Assembly: GCA_963596955.1 (NCBI GenBank)
Contig: CAVBPI010000001.1
Location: 1-44,426, forward strand
DNA: 44,426 nucleotides
Direction of reading: 5' to 3'
From: a bacterium
Lineage (GTDB): Bacteria; Bacteroidota; Bacteroidia; Bacteroidales; UBA932
A program made the translations under genes and the position numbers. Of the stretch, positions 35,924-44,426 are shown piece after piece (the stretch's first letter is position 1; each line of letters begins with the position of its first letter). A model generated the notes under the pieces. That model was given only the letters and a program-made list of their open reading frames with translations. It was not told the origin of the DNA and ran no database searches.

Positions 35924-36322
35924 TTAATGAATTGGAATGTTAATATCCGCGATTTTCTTGCTGATGTCCTTGAGGGCACTGGCAAGAACTCCGAGCTCTT
36001 CAGGGGTGAAACGGGCGGGTTTGCCGTTTACGGAGGCTCCGTTCAGCCGCTGGGAGAACCAGCTGCGGGACTTGTGGAAATAGTTCTCGGCGATGTATGC
36101 CAAGTTGAGCACCGGAATCACCGGCTCGATTGCTTCCTTGACACGAAAATCGCGTGCGTTTGCAAGAGCGTTTTCCGCTCCCTCAAGAAATGCCAGACGG
36201 AATTCTTCCGGTTCCTGTTCGGAAAGCTCGCGAATCTGCGCGTCGATTTCGGCTTTCCTGTTCTCGTCGGCGGTCGCAAGATACTCGCTTCGGAGTTCGT
36301 TGAATCTTTCTTTTACAGTCAT
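35924..36322 (-). CDS. DUF5053-family HTH protein, copy D
   Basis: LNLAYIAENYFHKSRSWFSQRLNG..VNGKPARFTPEEL; own minus-strand TACCTTTG promoter. Confidence 0.85.
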   Translation of the reverse strand: MTVKERFNELRSEYLATADENRKAEIDAQIRELSEQEPEEFRLAFLEGAENALANARDFRVKEAIEPVIPVLNLAYIAENYFHKSRSWFSQRLNGASVNGKPARFTPEELGVLASALKDISKKIADINIPIH

Positions 36323-36421
36323 ATATATCGGTCTTTTAAGTCCTCCCCTTTCGGGGAGGTGCATCAAAGGTAGATGTAATAAATCGGATAAACAATGGTT
36401 TATTAAAATATTTTTAACATT

Positions 36422-36718
36422 ATGTACCACATTAAATCATATTACTGCCAGTCTGACTTGAGGAGCATCGAGCGATATGCTGCGGATTCGCTCCGTGTTC
36501 TCGAAAACAAGGTTATAAGGGAGGACGACATTGAACCCGTCCGGAACTGGCTTGAGCGGCTTCGTGAACGTCTCGAAATGGAACACCCACGCTGCGGCCA
36601 CGTCGAGGTGGTAGTTCAGAAGCAGGAGGTGCTGAACAGATTAGACATTTGTTTCGGCCGCCTTTGCTACTACGGCGCGAAATGCGAGTTTTTGACAGTG
36701 GAGGACATTGCGGAATGA
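36422..36718 (+). CDS. Hypothetical early protein
   Basis: ORF with AT-rich start context. Confidence 0.65.
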   Translation: MYHIKSYYCQSDLRSIERYAADSLRVLENKVIREDDIEPVRNWLERLRERLEMEHPRCGHVEVVVQKQEVLNRLDICFGRLCYYGAKCEFLTVEDIAE

Positions 36719-36765
36719 TAAAGCCGCCCGGGGTGGACGGCTTTGAAAAATGCTGAAGGGATGAT

Positions 36766-36969
36766 TTAATGCTTTGAATGGAAGTAGTGCTCGATGGCTT
36801 CGTTGATGAACTGGGTCTTGTTGCCCTCGAATGAGGTGAGAATGGCATCGACGGCGGGATTTGAACGGAACGTGTAGTTCTTTCCGTGTTCGATGGGTTT
36901 GCGGCCCGCGCCCTCTCTTGCACCGCCCTTTCCTTTCTTGGAGGATGAAGATGAATTTTGTGTTTCCAT
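36766..36969 (-). CDS. Small DNA-binding protein (GGAREGAGRKP followed by RHH-like segment)
   Basis: AT-hook-like motif followed by a beta-alpha-alpha pattern. Confidence 0.65.
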   Translation of the reverse strand: METQNSSSSSKKGKGGAREGAGRKPIEHGKNYTFRSNPAVDAILTSFEGNKTQFINEAIEHYFHSKH

Positions 36970-37034
36970 ATAATTTTGTATTTTTGCGAAGCCTACCAAA
37001 GGGGAGGCCGTTTGGTCCGGCCTCCGTTGGGTCA

Positions 37035-37097
37035 TCAGATTGCAATTTCAAATGTAAATCTGACTTTCCAAATCTTAAAGGTGAATTTAGCACTCAT
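37035..37097 (-). CDS. 20-aa amphipathic peptide MSAKFTFKIWKVRFTFEIAI (not in the ORF track)
   Basis: Downstream of a minus-strand TACCTTTG promoter near 37186-37193; alternating hydrophobic/basic residues. Confidence 0.5.
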   Translation of the reverse strand: MSAKFTFKIWKVRFTFEIAI

Positions 37098-37282
37098 GAC
37101 TTAAAGACTTTGGTAGGTTTTTTCTTACTCCCTTTCAAGCGTTTCAGATTTCTCTTTCGCAGCAGGCCTTCTTCCTGACTGCATTACAAAGGTACGCATT
37201 ATCTCTGAATAATGCAAGTATATTTCAATGAATTTGCATATATTTTTTCAATATTTTTCTCTGCTTTTCAGCAATATATACA

Positions 37283-40228
37283 ATGATACGCAAGGAACAG
37301 ATTTTTGAGGCGACGGAGGGCGGAAAGGCAGTCATCGCCGGATACTATCCTCAGAGCGCGTCGTGCTTTTCGGGGCGCGGGCGCAACTTCAGGATTCGGG
37401 AGGACGACAAGAGCCCTTCCTGTACGGTGTTCCGGAAAGACGGGGTGTGGTTCATCCAGGATAAGGGCGGGAGCGACACCAAGGCCTACACCGCCATCCA
37501 GCTCGTGATGAGGGAGGAGGGGCTGGACTATCCGGCGGCGATAAACTGGATTGCCCGGAAATACGCGCCGCATCTCCTTGAGGGTGAAAACGCCGCCTCC
37601 GAGGTGAAGCCGATGCCGGAGATGAAGAAGGTCAGGGGGCAGGAGAAGATGTCCGTGAACCTCAGGAAAAGCGGAAAGTTCACCGACAGGGAGCTTTATC
37701 TTCTGGGCTACAAGATTGCGCCCGAAATCTGTGACGACCTCTGCCTGAAGCCGGTCGATTCATACGTCACGGCGAAGAACTCCAAGGGCGACAGCTGGCT
37801 CATCACGGCCACGGACAACTATCCCATTTACTACTACGACTACGGCTCCTGGGGCAAGCTCTACCAGCCGCTCGGTGACATCCGCTTCATGTATGTGGGC
37901 GAGAAGCCGGAAAACTTCTTCTTCGGGGAGCGTGACTTCATCAAGGCCTACGAGAACGCGAAGAACGGCGTGTATCCCGGCATTGTCGAGGCGGAGCCCA
38001 TAGACGGCGAGGAGGCGGGGCCTGCGGTCGATATGACATGGAAGGAGCTCATCATCTGTTCGGGTCCCTCCGACGCCTTGAACGTCCATTCGGCGGGGTA
38101 TCACGTGTGCTGGCTGAACTCGGAGACGGCGGAACTTACGGAATATGAGTTCTCGTTGCTCCAGAAAATCGCGAAGAAGATATATATCCTCTACGACATC
38201 GACGACACGGGGATTGCCAATATGTACCGGATTGCGCTGCGTTACCTCGACATCAACATCATCCGCCTGCCGGAGGAACTAAAGCGGTTCAAGGACCGCA
38301 AGGGAAAGCCCTGCAAGGACGCGAAGGACTTTTTCGTGCATTTCCGCCGTCCGGAAAACCAGAATCCGGTGTCCCTGTTCAAGGAACTCGTGAAGCTTTC
38401 CGGCGGGCTCAAGTTCTGGCAGGAGAAGAGGACAAAGACGGGCGGGTTCGGCGGCTACGACATCAACAACGAGCAGCTGTATTCGTTCCTTCAGGCGTCG
38501 GGATATTTCCGCATCGCCACGAATCCGGACTGCACGGACTTCGCGTTCTGTCAGGTGAAGGACAACGTGGTGACACTCATCGGCGACGACAGCATATCGG
38601 CGCACTGTTCTGCGTATCTCCTCGAATATCTCCGCACCCACGCCAACTACTACAATCAGGCGCTGGCCAACACCATCCACCGCTCCCCTCAGATAAGCAG
38701 GAGCTCGCTGGAGAAGCTTTCGGTCATCGTGCCGGACTTCAACGCATTTGACGAGCGCTCGGACACTTTCTTCTTCAACAACGGCCCGGTGAAGGTCACG
38801 GCCACGGGCGCGAAGCAGCTGAAGCCGTCCGATTGCCCGTACAATGTCTATCGGAGCAAGATTATCGAGCACGACTTCCGTCCGGAGCCGCCTTTCTTCG
38901 ACATCGAGTATTCCGAGGAATATGCCACGCTTCTGAACCGGCTTTCCGTCCTTTCCCCCGACACCCCCGACTACGTCTCAATCAGGAAGCAGATTGACGC
39001 TATGGATGAGCTTAGGCGCTATCGGCTCAAGATTTTCCGCGACGACTGCACTTTCATGAGGTTTGTCTATAACACCGGGCGCAACTACTGGAGAAAGGAG
39101 GAGCTCGGCATGGCTCTGACTCCGGAGGAACAGGCGGAGACCAACCTGCACTTCATCTCGAAGGTCATGGCGCTGGGCTACATCATGAGCAAGCACAAGG
39201 TCGCCGGGCAGCCTTACGCAATTTATGCGATGGAGACCGAGCAGTCGGAGGAGGGCACGCACCTCGGAGGAACGGGAAAGTCGCTGTTCATGACGAGCAC
39301 GGAGCAGCTCCGCAAGCAGCTTTTCATCAACGGTCAAGAAATCAACCCCTCGAAGACGGACTTCATGCTTGCGGGTGTGCGTCCCGGCATCACCGACACC
39401 GTCTATTTCGACGACCTGAACGACTCGATTGACCTGCACCGTTTCATGCCTATGATTACAGGCAAGATGGTGGTGAACCCCAAGAACAAGGACGCTTTCA
39501 TCCTTGAGTTCAGGGACAGCCCTAAGGTGGCGTTCACCTCCAACCACGCGATAAAGAAGTTCGACGCATCACTCCGTCGTCGAACTTGGTTCACCGCCTT
39601 CACCGACTACTACCATTCGGACGACCCGATGCGCGGCCTGAAGGAGCGTTCCCCTTACACGGAGTTTCACAAGAACCTCATCCAGGACTACACTCCGGAA
39701 GAGATGAACGCATTTTACAATTTCATGTTCAACTGCATCGCCATGTGGCATAAGCTCCGCATTCGCATTCAGCCGCCGATGAGACAGATCGAGCAGCGCA
39801 ATCTCCAGCGGGCAATCACCGACGAGTTCATCTGGTGGGCCGAGGACTGGCTTCCGGAAGGGCATCTGAATGCCGTGGTGGATTTGGACGAGGCATTCAT
39901 CGCCTACAGATCGACATTGAACAAGAAGATTCAGGACAGCATCAAGAAGGCCACGTTCAAGAAGAAGCTCATTATGTTCTGTGCCTACAAGGGCTGGATG
40001 TATAATCCGACCGAACTGTTACGCTCCGACACTGAGCGGCAGCGCAACGACATCCGCCGTAAGGTGAACGGCAACAATCTCTACTGTTTCTACATCGACA
40101 CGAGAGCGAACCGCGAAGAGGAGCTGGACGCGGTGTCAATTATAGGCACGCCTCCTGAGGCCGAGGAGTTGGGGCCGGGGGTAATCGGCACGTCCGCGGC
40201 TCTGGAAAACGGACAGCCTCCATTCTGA
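37283..40228 (+). CDS. DNA primase-helicase (TOPRIM plus P-loop NTPase)
   Basis: IICSGPSDAL...YDIDDTG TOPRIM; GGTGKS Walker A; YFDD Walker B; FTSN. Confidence 0.88.
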   Translation: MIRKEQIFEATEGGKAVIAGYYPQSASCFSGRGRNFRIREDDKSPSCTVFRKDGVWFIQDKGGSDTKAYTAIQLVMREEGLDYPAAINWIARKYAPHLLEGENAASEVKPMPEMKKVRGQEKMSVNLRKSGKFTDRELYLLGYKIAPEICDDLCLKPVDSYVTAKNSKGDSWLITATDNYPIYYYDYGSWGKLYQPLGDIRFMYVGEKPENFFFGERDFIKAYENAKNGVYPGIVEAEPIDGEEAGPAVDMTWKELIICSGPSDALNVHSAGYHVCWLNSETAELTEYEFSLLQKIAKKIYILYDIDDTGIANMYRIALRYLDINIIRLPEELKRFKDRKGKPCKDAKDFFVHFRRPENQNPVSLFKELVKLSGGLKFWQEKRTKTGGFGGYDINNEQLYSFLQASGYFRIATNPDCTDFAFCQVKDNVVTLIGDDSISAHCSAYLLEYLRTHANYYNQALANTIHRSPQISRSSLEKLSVIVPDFNAFDERSDTFFFNNGPVKVTATGAKQLKPSDCPYNVYRSKIIEHDFRPEPPFFDIEYSEEYATLLNRLSVLSPDTPDYVSIRKQIDAMDELRRYRLKIFRDDCTFMRFVYNTGRNYWRKEELGMALTPEEQAETNLHFISKVMALGYIMSKHKVAGQPYAIYAMETEQSEEGTHLGGTGKSLFMTSTEQLRKQLFINGQEINPSKTDFMLAGVRPGITDTVYFDDLNDSIDLHRFMPMITGKMVVNPKNKDAFILEFRDSPKVAFTSNHAIKKFDASLRRRTWFTAFTDYYHSDDPMRGLKERSPYTEFHKNLIQDYTPEEMNAFYNFMFNCIAMWHKLRIRIQPPMRQIEQRNLQRAITDEFIWWAEDWLPEGHLNAVVDLDEAFIAYRSTLNKKIQDSIKKATFKKKLIMFCAYKGWMYNPTELLRSDTERQRNDIRRKVNGNNLYCFYIDTRANREEELDAVSIIGTPPEAEELGPGVIGTSAALENGQPPF

Positions 40229-40336
40229 ATCCACCAGCCGGAGCATAAAACAGAACTTTGAATGAGGGTTCGCCTTTCGCGGACCCTTCTTTGGGGAGGA
40301 GTTGAAAATTTGTCGGCGTGTTTAAGGTTGTAAATA

Positions 40337-40650
40337 TTTGACCCTTTTGACCCCGATATATAATAAATAGATGTAAGTAAATGAAATATAATGAATTAGT
40401 CGGGGTCAAAATGCGGGGTCAAAATGGGTCAAAATGGTTTTGCCTGACACCGATTTCGCTCTGTTTTGAGGGATTGGGGATTGCTATGAAATCAATTTTG
40501 ACACCGCTGATACACAATGAGTTAAGCCCCAATGACCATTTTGAGGGTCAAATGGGACTAAAATAAATTTGACCCCGAAATGATAGGTGATTATCAATAA
40601 GTTACAGCATTTTTCTCGTTCGGGGTCAAAGGGTCAGAAAATTTGATACC
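40337..40650. repeat. Putative replication origin with GGGTCAAA/TTTGACCC iterons in both orientations
   Basis: About 10 copies in an AT-rich non-coding stretch right after the primase-helicase. Confidence 0.75.
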
Positions 40651-40704
40651 TCTAAACTCCCAGAAATTTTTTCAATGTAAAAAGCACGCAAAATTTAATG
40701 GATC

Positions 40705-40977
40705 ATGACAGAAGAAAGCACATCAACCGCCGCTCCGGAAAGGCTCGAATTTAACGCCGACGTCTATGGCCGCTCCATGCCGCTCTGGCATTACAGGGAG
40801 CTGCCGTCCGGGATGCGCCGCGCGGAGACAAAGGACCTCTATCGCGGGCGGTGCGTCCTCTACAGGGTGGAACTGGGACCGGACGAGGGCGACTGGTACA
40901 GCGACTATGTCCGGGAAAGCAACTATCTGATTCTTTGCATGATGATTCGCGAGGGAAAGGATGTGTGGATTAAGTGA
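40705..40977 (+). CDS. Hypothetical protein
   Basis: ORF with phage-like codon usage. Confidence 0.7.
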   Translation: MTEESTSTAAPERLEFNADVYGRSMPLWHYRELPSGMRRAETKDLYRGRCVLYRVELGPDEGDWYSDYVRESNYLILCMMIREGKDVWIK

Positions 40978-41066
40978 TTTTTCCGCGAAAACGGCCGGAG
41001 ATGCTGTTGAAAATGCGGATAAATTTTCGTAACTTTGTGAGTAGTAGCCGATTAAATGAGACGGAT

Positions 41067-41735
41067 ATGCTGATTAAGCTGAAATTCGACACTGAACTGA
41101 GACTGGATTACTTCGGGTTCCTCTTTCCGAGGATTCCCGGGGACGGCGCCTATAAGGTGAGCACCCGAGAGCCGATTGGCGAGCTCCTATGCGCCAGAGT
41201 CCGCGAGTCATGGCGGCCGGTCGATGAGCCGGAGGGAGAACTGGTGGCGACGCTCGACCTTCCCCTGAACCCGGCTACCAGGAATGTGGCCAACAAGTTC
41301 ATCTATTATTCGCAGGCGGACACGGCGGCTCTGATGATGGCTCTGTCGGCGACATTCGACCTCGACTTCGCGGGATATTACCGCAAGGGCGAAAACCTCG
41401 GCTACGGACGCAAGGAGATTGTCGAGGCGTTCATCATTTCCCGCAACCTCGTTGAAATCGACTGTACGGACACACTCTACAAGCGGGCCTACCGCACGAG
41501 CCAGCGGCGGATGAAGGCTCTGACACAGCGGCTGCTCCGGCGCTGCTACTATCTCGATGAAAGCATTAACCTCAAAGGACTGAAAGATGATAAGGATAAT
41601 CAAGGAAATTTTCGTGAGCCCGGCGACGGACGGGTTCGACCCTCTCAGGATGTCAAGGCTGCCGATGATTCCGGCGTCAGGAACCATGGAAAGCAAGGAG
41701 ACGAACGACGAGAACGGACGCTGTTTGACGATTAA
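41067..41735 (+). CDS. Hypothetical protein (candidate late-transcription regulator)
   Basis: Between the replication and late regions; basic C-terminal helix LYKRAYR. Confidence 0.55.
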   Translation: MLIKLKFDTELRLDYFGFLFPRIPGDGAYKVSTREPIGELLCARVRESWRPVDEPEGELVATLDLPLNPATRNVANKFIYYSQADTAALMMALSATFDLDFAGYYRKGENLGYGRKEIVEAFIISRNLVEIDCTDTLYKRAYRTSQRRMKALTQRLLRRCYYLDESINLKGLKDDKDNQGNFREPGDGRVRPSQDVKAADDSGVRNHGKQGDERRERTLFDD

Positions 41736-41946
41736 GCTCGCCCTGCGCAGCAAGCCGCTTTCCCCAGCTGTCAGGCGGACGCTCCGTGACGGCTGCATCG
41801 CCCGCGTGGTCTGCACCTCCGCCCGCTGTTGCCCCGCCGCCGACCTCTATCTCGGCTCCGAGGACATCCCCCTCCGCTTCGACCTCGAAGACAACCTCGA
41901 CGTCCTCCGCCTCTCCGCAACCCACAAGACCCTTTCCCGGCTGTAA
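41587..41946 (+). CDS. Hypothetical protein
   Basis: 119-aa ORF overlapping the upstream gene. Confidence 0.55.
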   Translation: MIRIIKEIFVSPATDGFDPLRMSRLPMIPASGTMESKETNDENGRCLTIKLALRSKPLSPAVRRTLRDGCIARVVCTSARCCPAADLYLGSEDIPLRFDLEDNLDVLRLSATHKTLSRL

Positions 41947-41956
41947 ACACCCCATC

Positions 41957-42631
41957 ATGCGCGAGGCTACACGGGACAACCGCTTGGAGGAACTGGTTCG
42001 GCAGCGGAGGCTTCTGAATATGCACTTGTGCGAATGTGTTCGCTGTTCCGGGGCGTATGGATTGCCTGTTGTCGATGCTTATGAGGGCGCGGTTCCTCGG
42101 AGGTTCATCGGATTCAATCACGCTTTGACCTCTCATGATTATGATGCAGGCGTTCATTTCTTCATAGATGATTACCAGTTCGAGCGGGTGTGGAACACTC
42201 CGGAGAAATATGTGCCTCTGCTTAGGCGGTTCCGCTGTGTCATTGCTCCTGATTTCAGCCTGTATGTCGATTTGCCTCCGGCGGTCAATTACTGGAACAT
42301 ATACAGGAACCGACTTCTTGCCGCATGGTGGCAAAGTCGGGGCATACGGGTCATTCCGAGTGCCAGCTGGGGAAATTCAGACACCTTTAGGTTCTGTTTC
42401 GAGGGTCTTCCGCACAATTCGCTCATAGCGGTCGGGCATACGGCGATTGGACGGAATCAGTCGGGCAAGAATGCCGTGGTTCTTGGAATGAGCGAATGTC
42501 TCCGGGTGCTCCAGCCGAGCAAAGTGCTTGTTTATGGGAAACCGTTTGACTTGAATTTCAATAATTTCGTATATTTGGAGGACAATATTCAAAGATTAAG
42601 ACATGGTGAAAAGAAAGCTCAGAAGCATTGA
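41957..42631 (+). CDS. DUF4417 domain protein
   Basis: GVHFFIDDYQFERVWN, APDFSLY.D.P, WNIYRNR, G..VIP..SW, FCFEGLP, VLVYG. Confidence 0.85.
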   Translation: MREATRDNRLEELVRQRRLLNMHLCECVRCSGAYGLPVVDAYEGAVPRRFIGFNHALTSHDYDAGVHFFIDDYQFERVWNTPEKYVPLLRRFRCVIAPDFSLYVDLPPAVNYWNIYRNRLLAAWWQSRGIRVIPSASWGNSDTFRFCFEGLPHNSLIAVGHTAIGRNQSGKNAVVLGMSECLRVLQPSKVLVYGKPFDLNFNNFVYLEDNIQRLRHGEKKAQKH

Positions 42632-43016
42632 TGCTGTATGGCAGATTTCGAATGAGGACAAAGAATTATTTGACCACATTGCAAAAGAATCTGTATCTGA
42701 AAATGAAAAACATTTTTTCAGAGTCGTCGAATATAGGGAGAAACATAATCAGTCGATGTCAGGTGATATGCTTTTGAATTATTCGAAGAATCCGGATGGA
42801 ATAGGAATTATGCGCTATGACTACGATATGTATAAATTCTTAATAGATGTTGGTGGCGGCATTGTCGAGGAACCTTGGACAGCCAGTACATTAGCTTGTT
42901 TTCTTGATATTGATTTAAGTAAATATATATACGAAAGAACCGGATGTAGGACAATGTTCGAGTATCTGCGTTCAATAGATTATAAGGGCATTGATTACGA
43001 AGCTGACAATGACTGA
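42603..43016 (+). CDS. Hypothetical acidic protein (candidate immunity), paralog of 79..462
   Basis: Overlaps the end of DUF4417; internal paralogy. Confidence 0.8.
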   Translation: MVKRKLRSIDAVWQISNEDKELFDHIAKESVSENEKHFFRVVEYREKHNQSMSGDMLLNYSKNPDGIGIMRYDYDMYKFLIDVGGGIVEEPWTASTLACFLDIDLSKYIYERTGCRTMFEYLRSIDYKGIDYEADND

Positions 43017-43017
43017 T

Positions 43018-43461
43018 ATGGGCGGAGCAAAAACATTTAATTCTTCCGGTGGTTTTTCAAGGTATGATTACCACCAAGTCGGAGCCCCCATCTATATTGA
43101 TGGTTTGAAGGGCAAGGCTATCGTCAAAAGAGATGCCAATGGCAATGATGATTTTCATGCAGGTTTGCCTGCTTATTCAAATACATCTGATTTTTATGCA
43201 CATACAGGCAGCAAATCAGGGGAATTTGTTCAGGTCAAGTTTTATGAAAAGCGTTCTCAAAGCGTTGACTTTGATTGGGGGCATAATCACATGGAAGGAA
43301 AAGGAAAGAATCGGGTCATTTTTCCGGAAGGTGTTGTTCATGTCCAGACATATAGTAACGGTAATCGTACAGGAATAACCCGTTATATGAGCAATGAGGA
43401 AATTGAGAAGTATGGTTCAATATTAAAGACGTTAAATCCCAACGTCAAGTTCCGTCCGTAA
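43018..43461 (+). CDS. MGG-leader protein with a His-rich putative nuclease-toxin domain
   Basis: VDFDWGHNH...FPEGVVHVQ motif; low GC. Confidence 0.5.
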   Translation: MGGAKTFNSSGGFSRYDYHQVGAPIYIDGLKGKAIVKRDANGNDDFHAGLPAYSNTSDFYAHTGSKSGEFVQVKFYEKRSQSVDFDWGHNHMEGKGKNRVIFPEGVVHVQTYSNGNRTGITRYMSNEEIEKYGSILKTLNPNVKFRP

Positions 43462-43549
43462 CCGACTGACGGCAAAGTTTTTGCGCAGCTCGAAATTTAT
43501 TTATTTGTTTGTTTATTTATTACTATCTTTGTGACAAAGAAAAAACATT

Positions 43550-44245
43550 ATGAGTATCGAAGCCATCATCTCTCTTGTCGTATCGGTCTTATTTGGAGGC
43601 GGTATTATGTTCAAAATGTTTGAAATGGGCAAAACCATTGGTGTGTTTGGCAGCAAATTGGAGGATTTAGACAAAAAGATAGACAAAGTAGAGGATTCAT
43701 TGAATAAAAAAATAGATTGTGTCGAAGATTTTTTGAATAAGAAAATAGACTTTGTTGATAGAAAGCTCGATAATCTGGAAAATAAAATCGACGTGAAAAT
43801 ATCCGGACTTCCTTGTGGAATTCATTCCGAGAAGATTTCTGAAGTGGATAAGGATGTCGCTTATGTGAAAGGAAAGACTGAGTTTCTTCTTTCCGCAAAA
43901 CAGAGTCCTCGTGTTCTTAACCAGTATGGTTTGGAGCTGTTCCGCGATATTGATGGCGACAAATTTCTTAAAGAAAACAAAGAGAGATTGTTCGCTTTCA
44001 TTGATAATGAGGCACCAAAGACCGCCTACGATGTAGAAGAGGATGCCAAGAAAGCCGTGTTTTCTTTGAGGGATGATGATTCATTCAATGGAATAAAGGT
44101 ATGGTTATACAATAGCCCAGCTAAAAAAATTGAGATAGAAGGTAAGGAAACCGACTATTGCTTCGCACTTGAAGATGCCTGCTTCGTCATCAGTTTGCCA
44201 TTGCGGGATATGTATCTTGAGGAGCATCCGGAAATCTTGAAATAA
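43550..44245 (+). CDS. Membrane-anchored coiled-coil protein with 11-aa repeats (moron)
   Basis: N-terminal TM; LxKKIDxVEDx repeats; own promoter TATCTTTG at 43524. Confidence 0.75.
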   Translation: MSIEAIISLVVSVLFGGGIMFKMFEMGKTIGVFGSKLEDLDKKIDKVEDSLNKKIDCVEDFLNKKIDFVDRKLDNLENKIDVKISGLPCGIHSEKISEVDKDVAYVKGKTEFLLSAKQSPRVLNQYGLELFRDIDGDKFLKENKERLFAFIDNEAPKTAYDVEEDAKKAVFSLRDDDSFNGIKVWLYNSPAKKIEIEGKETDYCFALEDACFVISLPLRDMYLEEHPEILK

Positions 44246-44270
44246 CATTGCTGCTTGATTGATAAGTGCC

Positions 44271-44305
44271 GTCCTTTTCCGGGACGGCGCTTTTGTTTTC
44301 CTTTG
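44271..44305 (+). promoter_or_regulatory. Late-promoter motif, near-identical duplicate of 525-559
   Basis: GTCCTTTTCCGGGACGGCGCTTTTGTTTTCCTTTG. Confidence 0.65.
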
Positions 44306-44339
44306 TCGAAAAGTTTGCGGAATGGGAAAACGGACATAT

Positions 44340-44426
44340 ATGCGTGAGGCTACACGGGACGGTCGCATGACCGTTTGACTTGAATTTCAATAATTTCGTA
44401 TATTTGGAGGACAATATTCAAAGATT
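44340..44426 (+). pseudogene. Internally deleted DUF4417 remnant (continues across the contig join into 1-84)
   Basis: ATGCGTGAGGCTACACGGGAC matches the DUF4417 start at 41957 and is joined, out of frame, to the 3' end (42541 repeat); about 555 bp missing. Confidence 0.85.

Noticed and set aside
1..44426. Stop-codon reassignment
   Set aside because: Genes are full length under the standard code, and TAA, TAG and TGA are all used as stops

Overview
The window is an essentially complete, apparently circular (excised) temperate tailed phage genome of about 44.37 kb. The last 57 nt repeat the first 57 nt, and an intact attP-like site lies next to the integrase. A Bacteroidales host is inferred from TAnnTTTG promoters, A-rich translation starts without Shine-Dalgarno sites, and DUF5053/DinD/HicB-type cargo. 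Modules are: head and packaging (S49 protease, major capsid, terminase, portal); tail (tape measure, hub, fibre); a lysis cassette interrupted by morons; an orphan-antitoxin island; integrase/attP; repressor and early region; primase-helicase with an iteron origin; and a DUF4417-partner-putative toxin operon with a degenerate second copy. The most unusual signals are regulatory. (1) boxA-like plus anti-terminator elements upstream of two lysis-cassette morons can pair with the morons' own terminators about 0.9 kb downstream. (2) Two C4/CI-like antisense RNAs have specificity loops that co-vary with both of their targets. (3) A ~257-nt structured RNA is closed by a tRNA-like acceptor stem and T-arm. 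(4) A GTCCTTT-N20-TWnnTTTG promoter motif precedes the late operons. (5) A conserved pseudoknot-like 3' element follows three DUF5053 genes. All family assignments come from motif recognition by eye; no searches were run.
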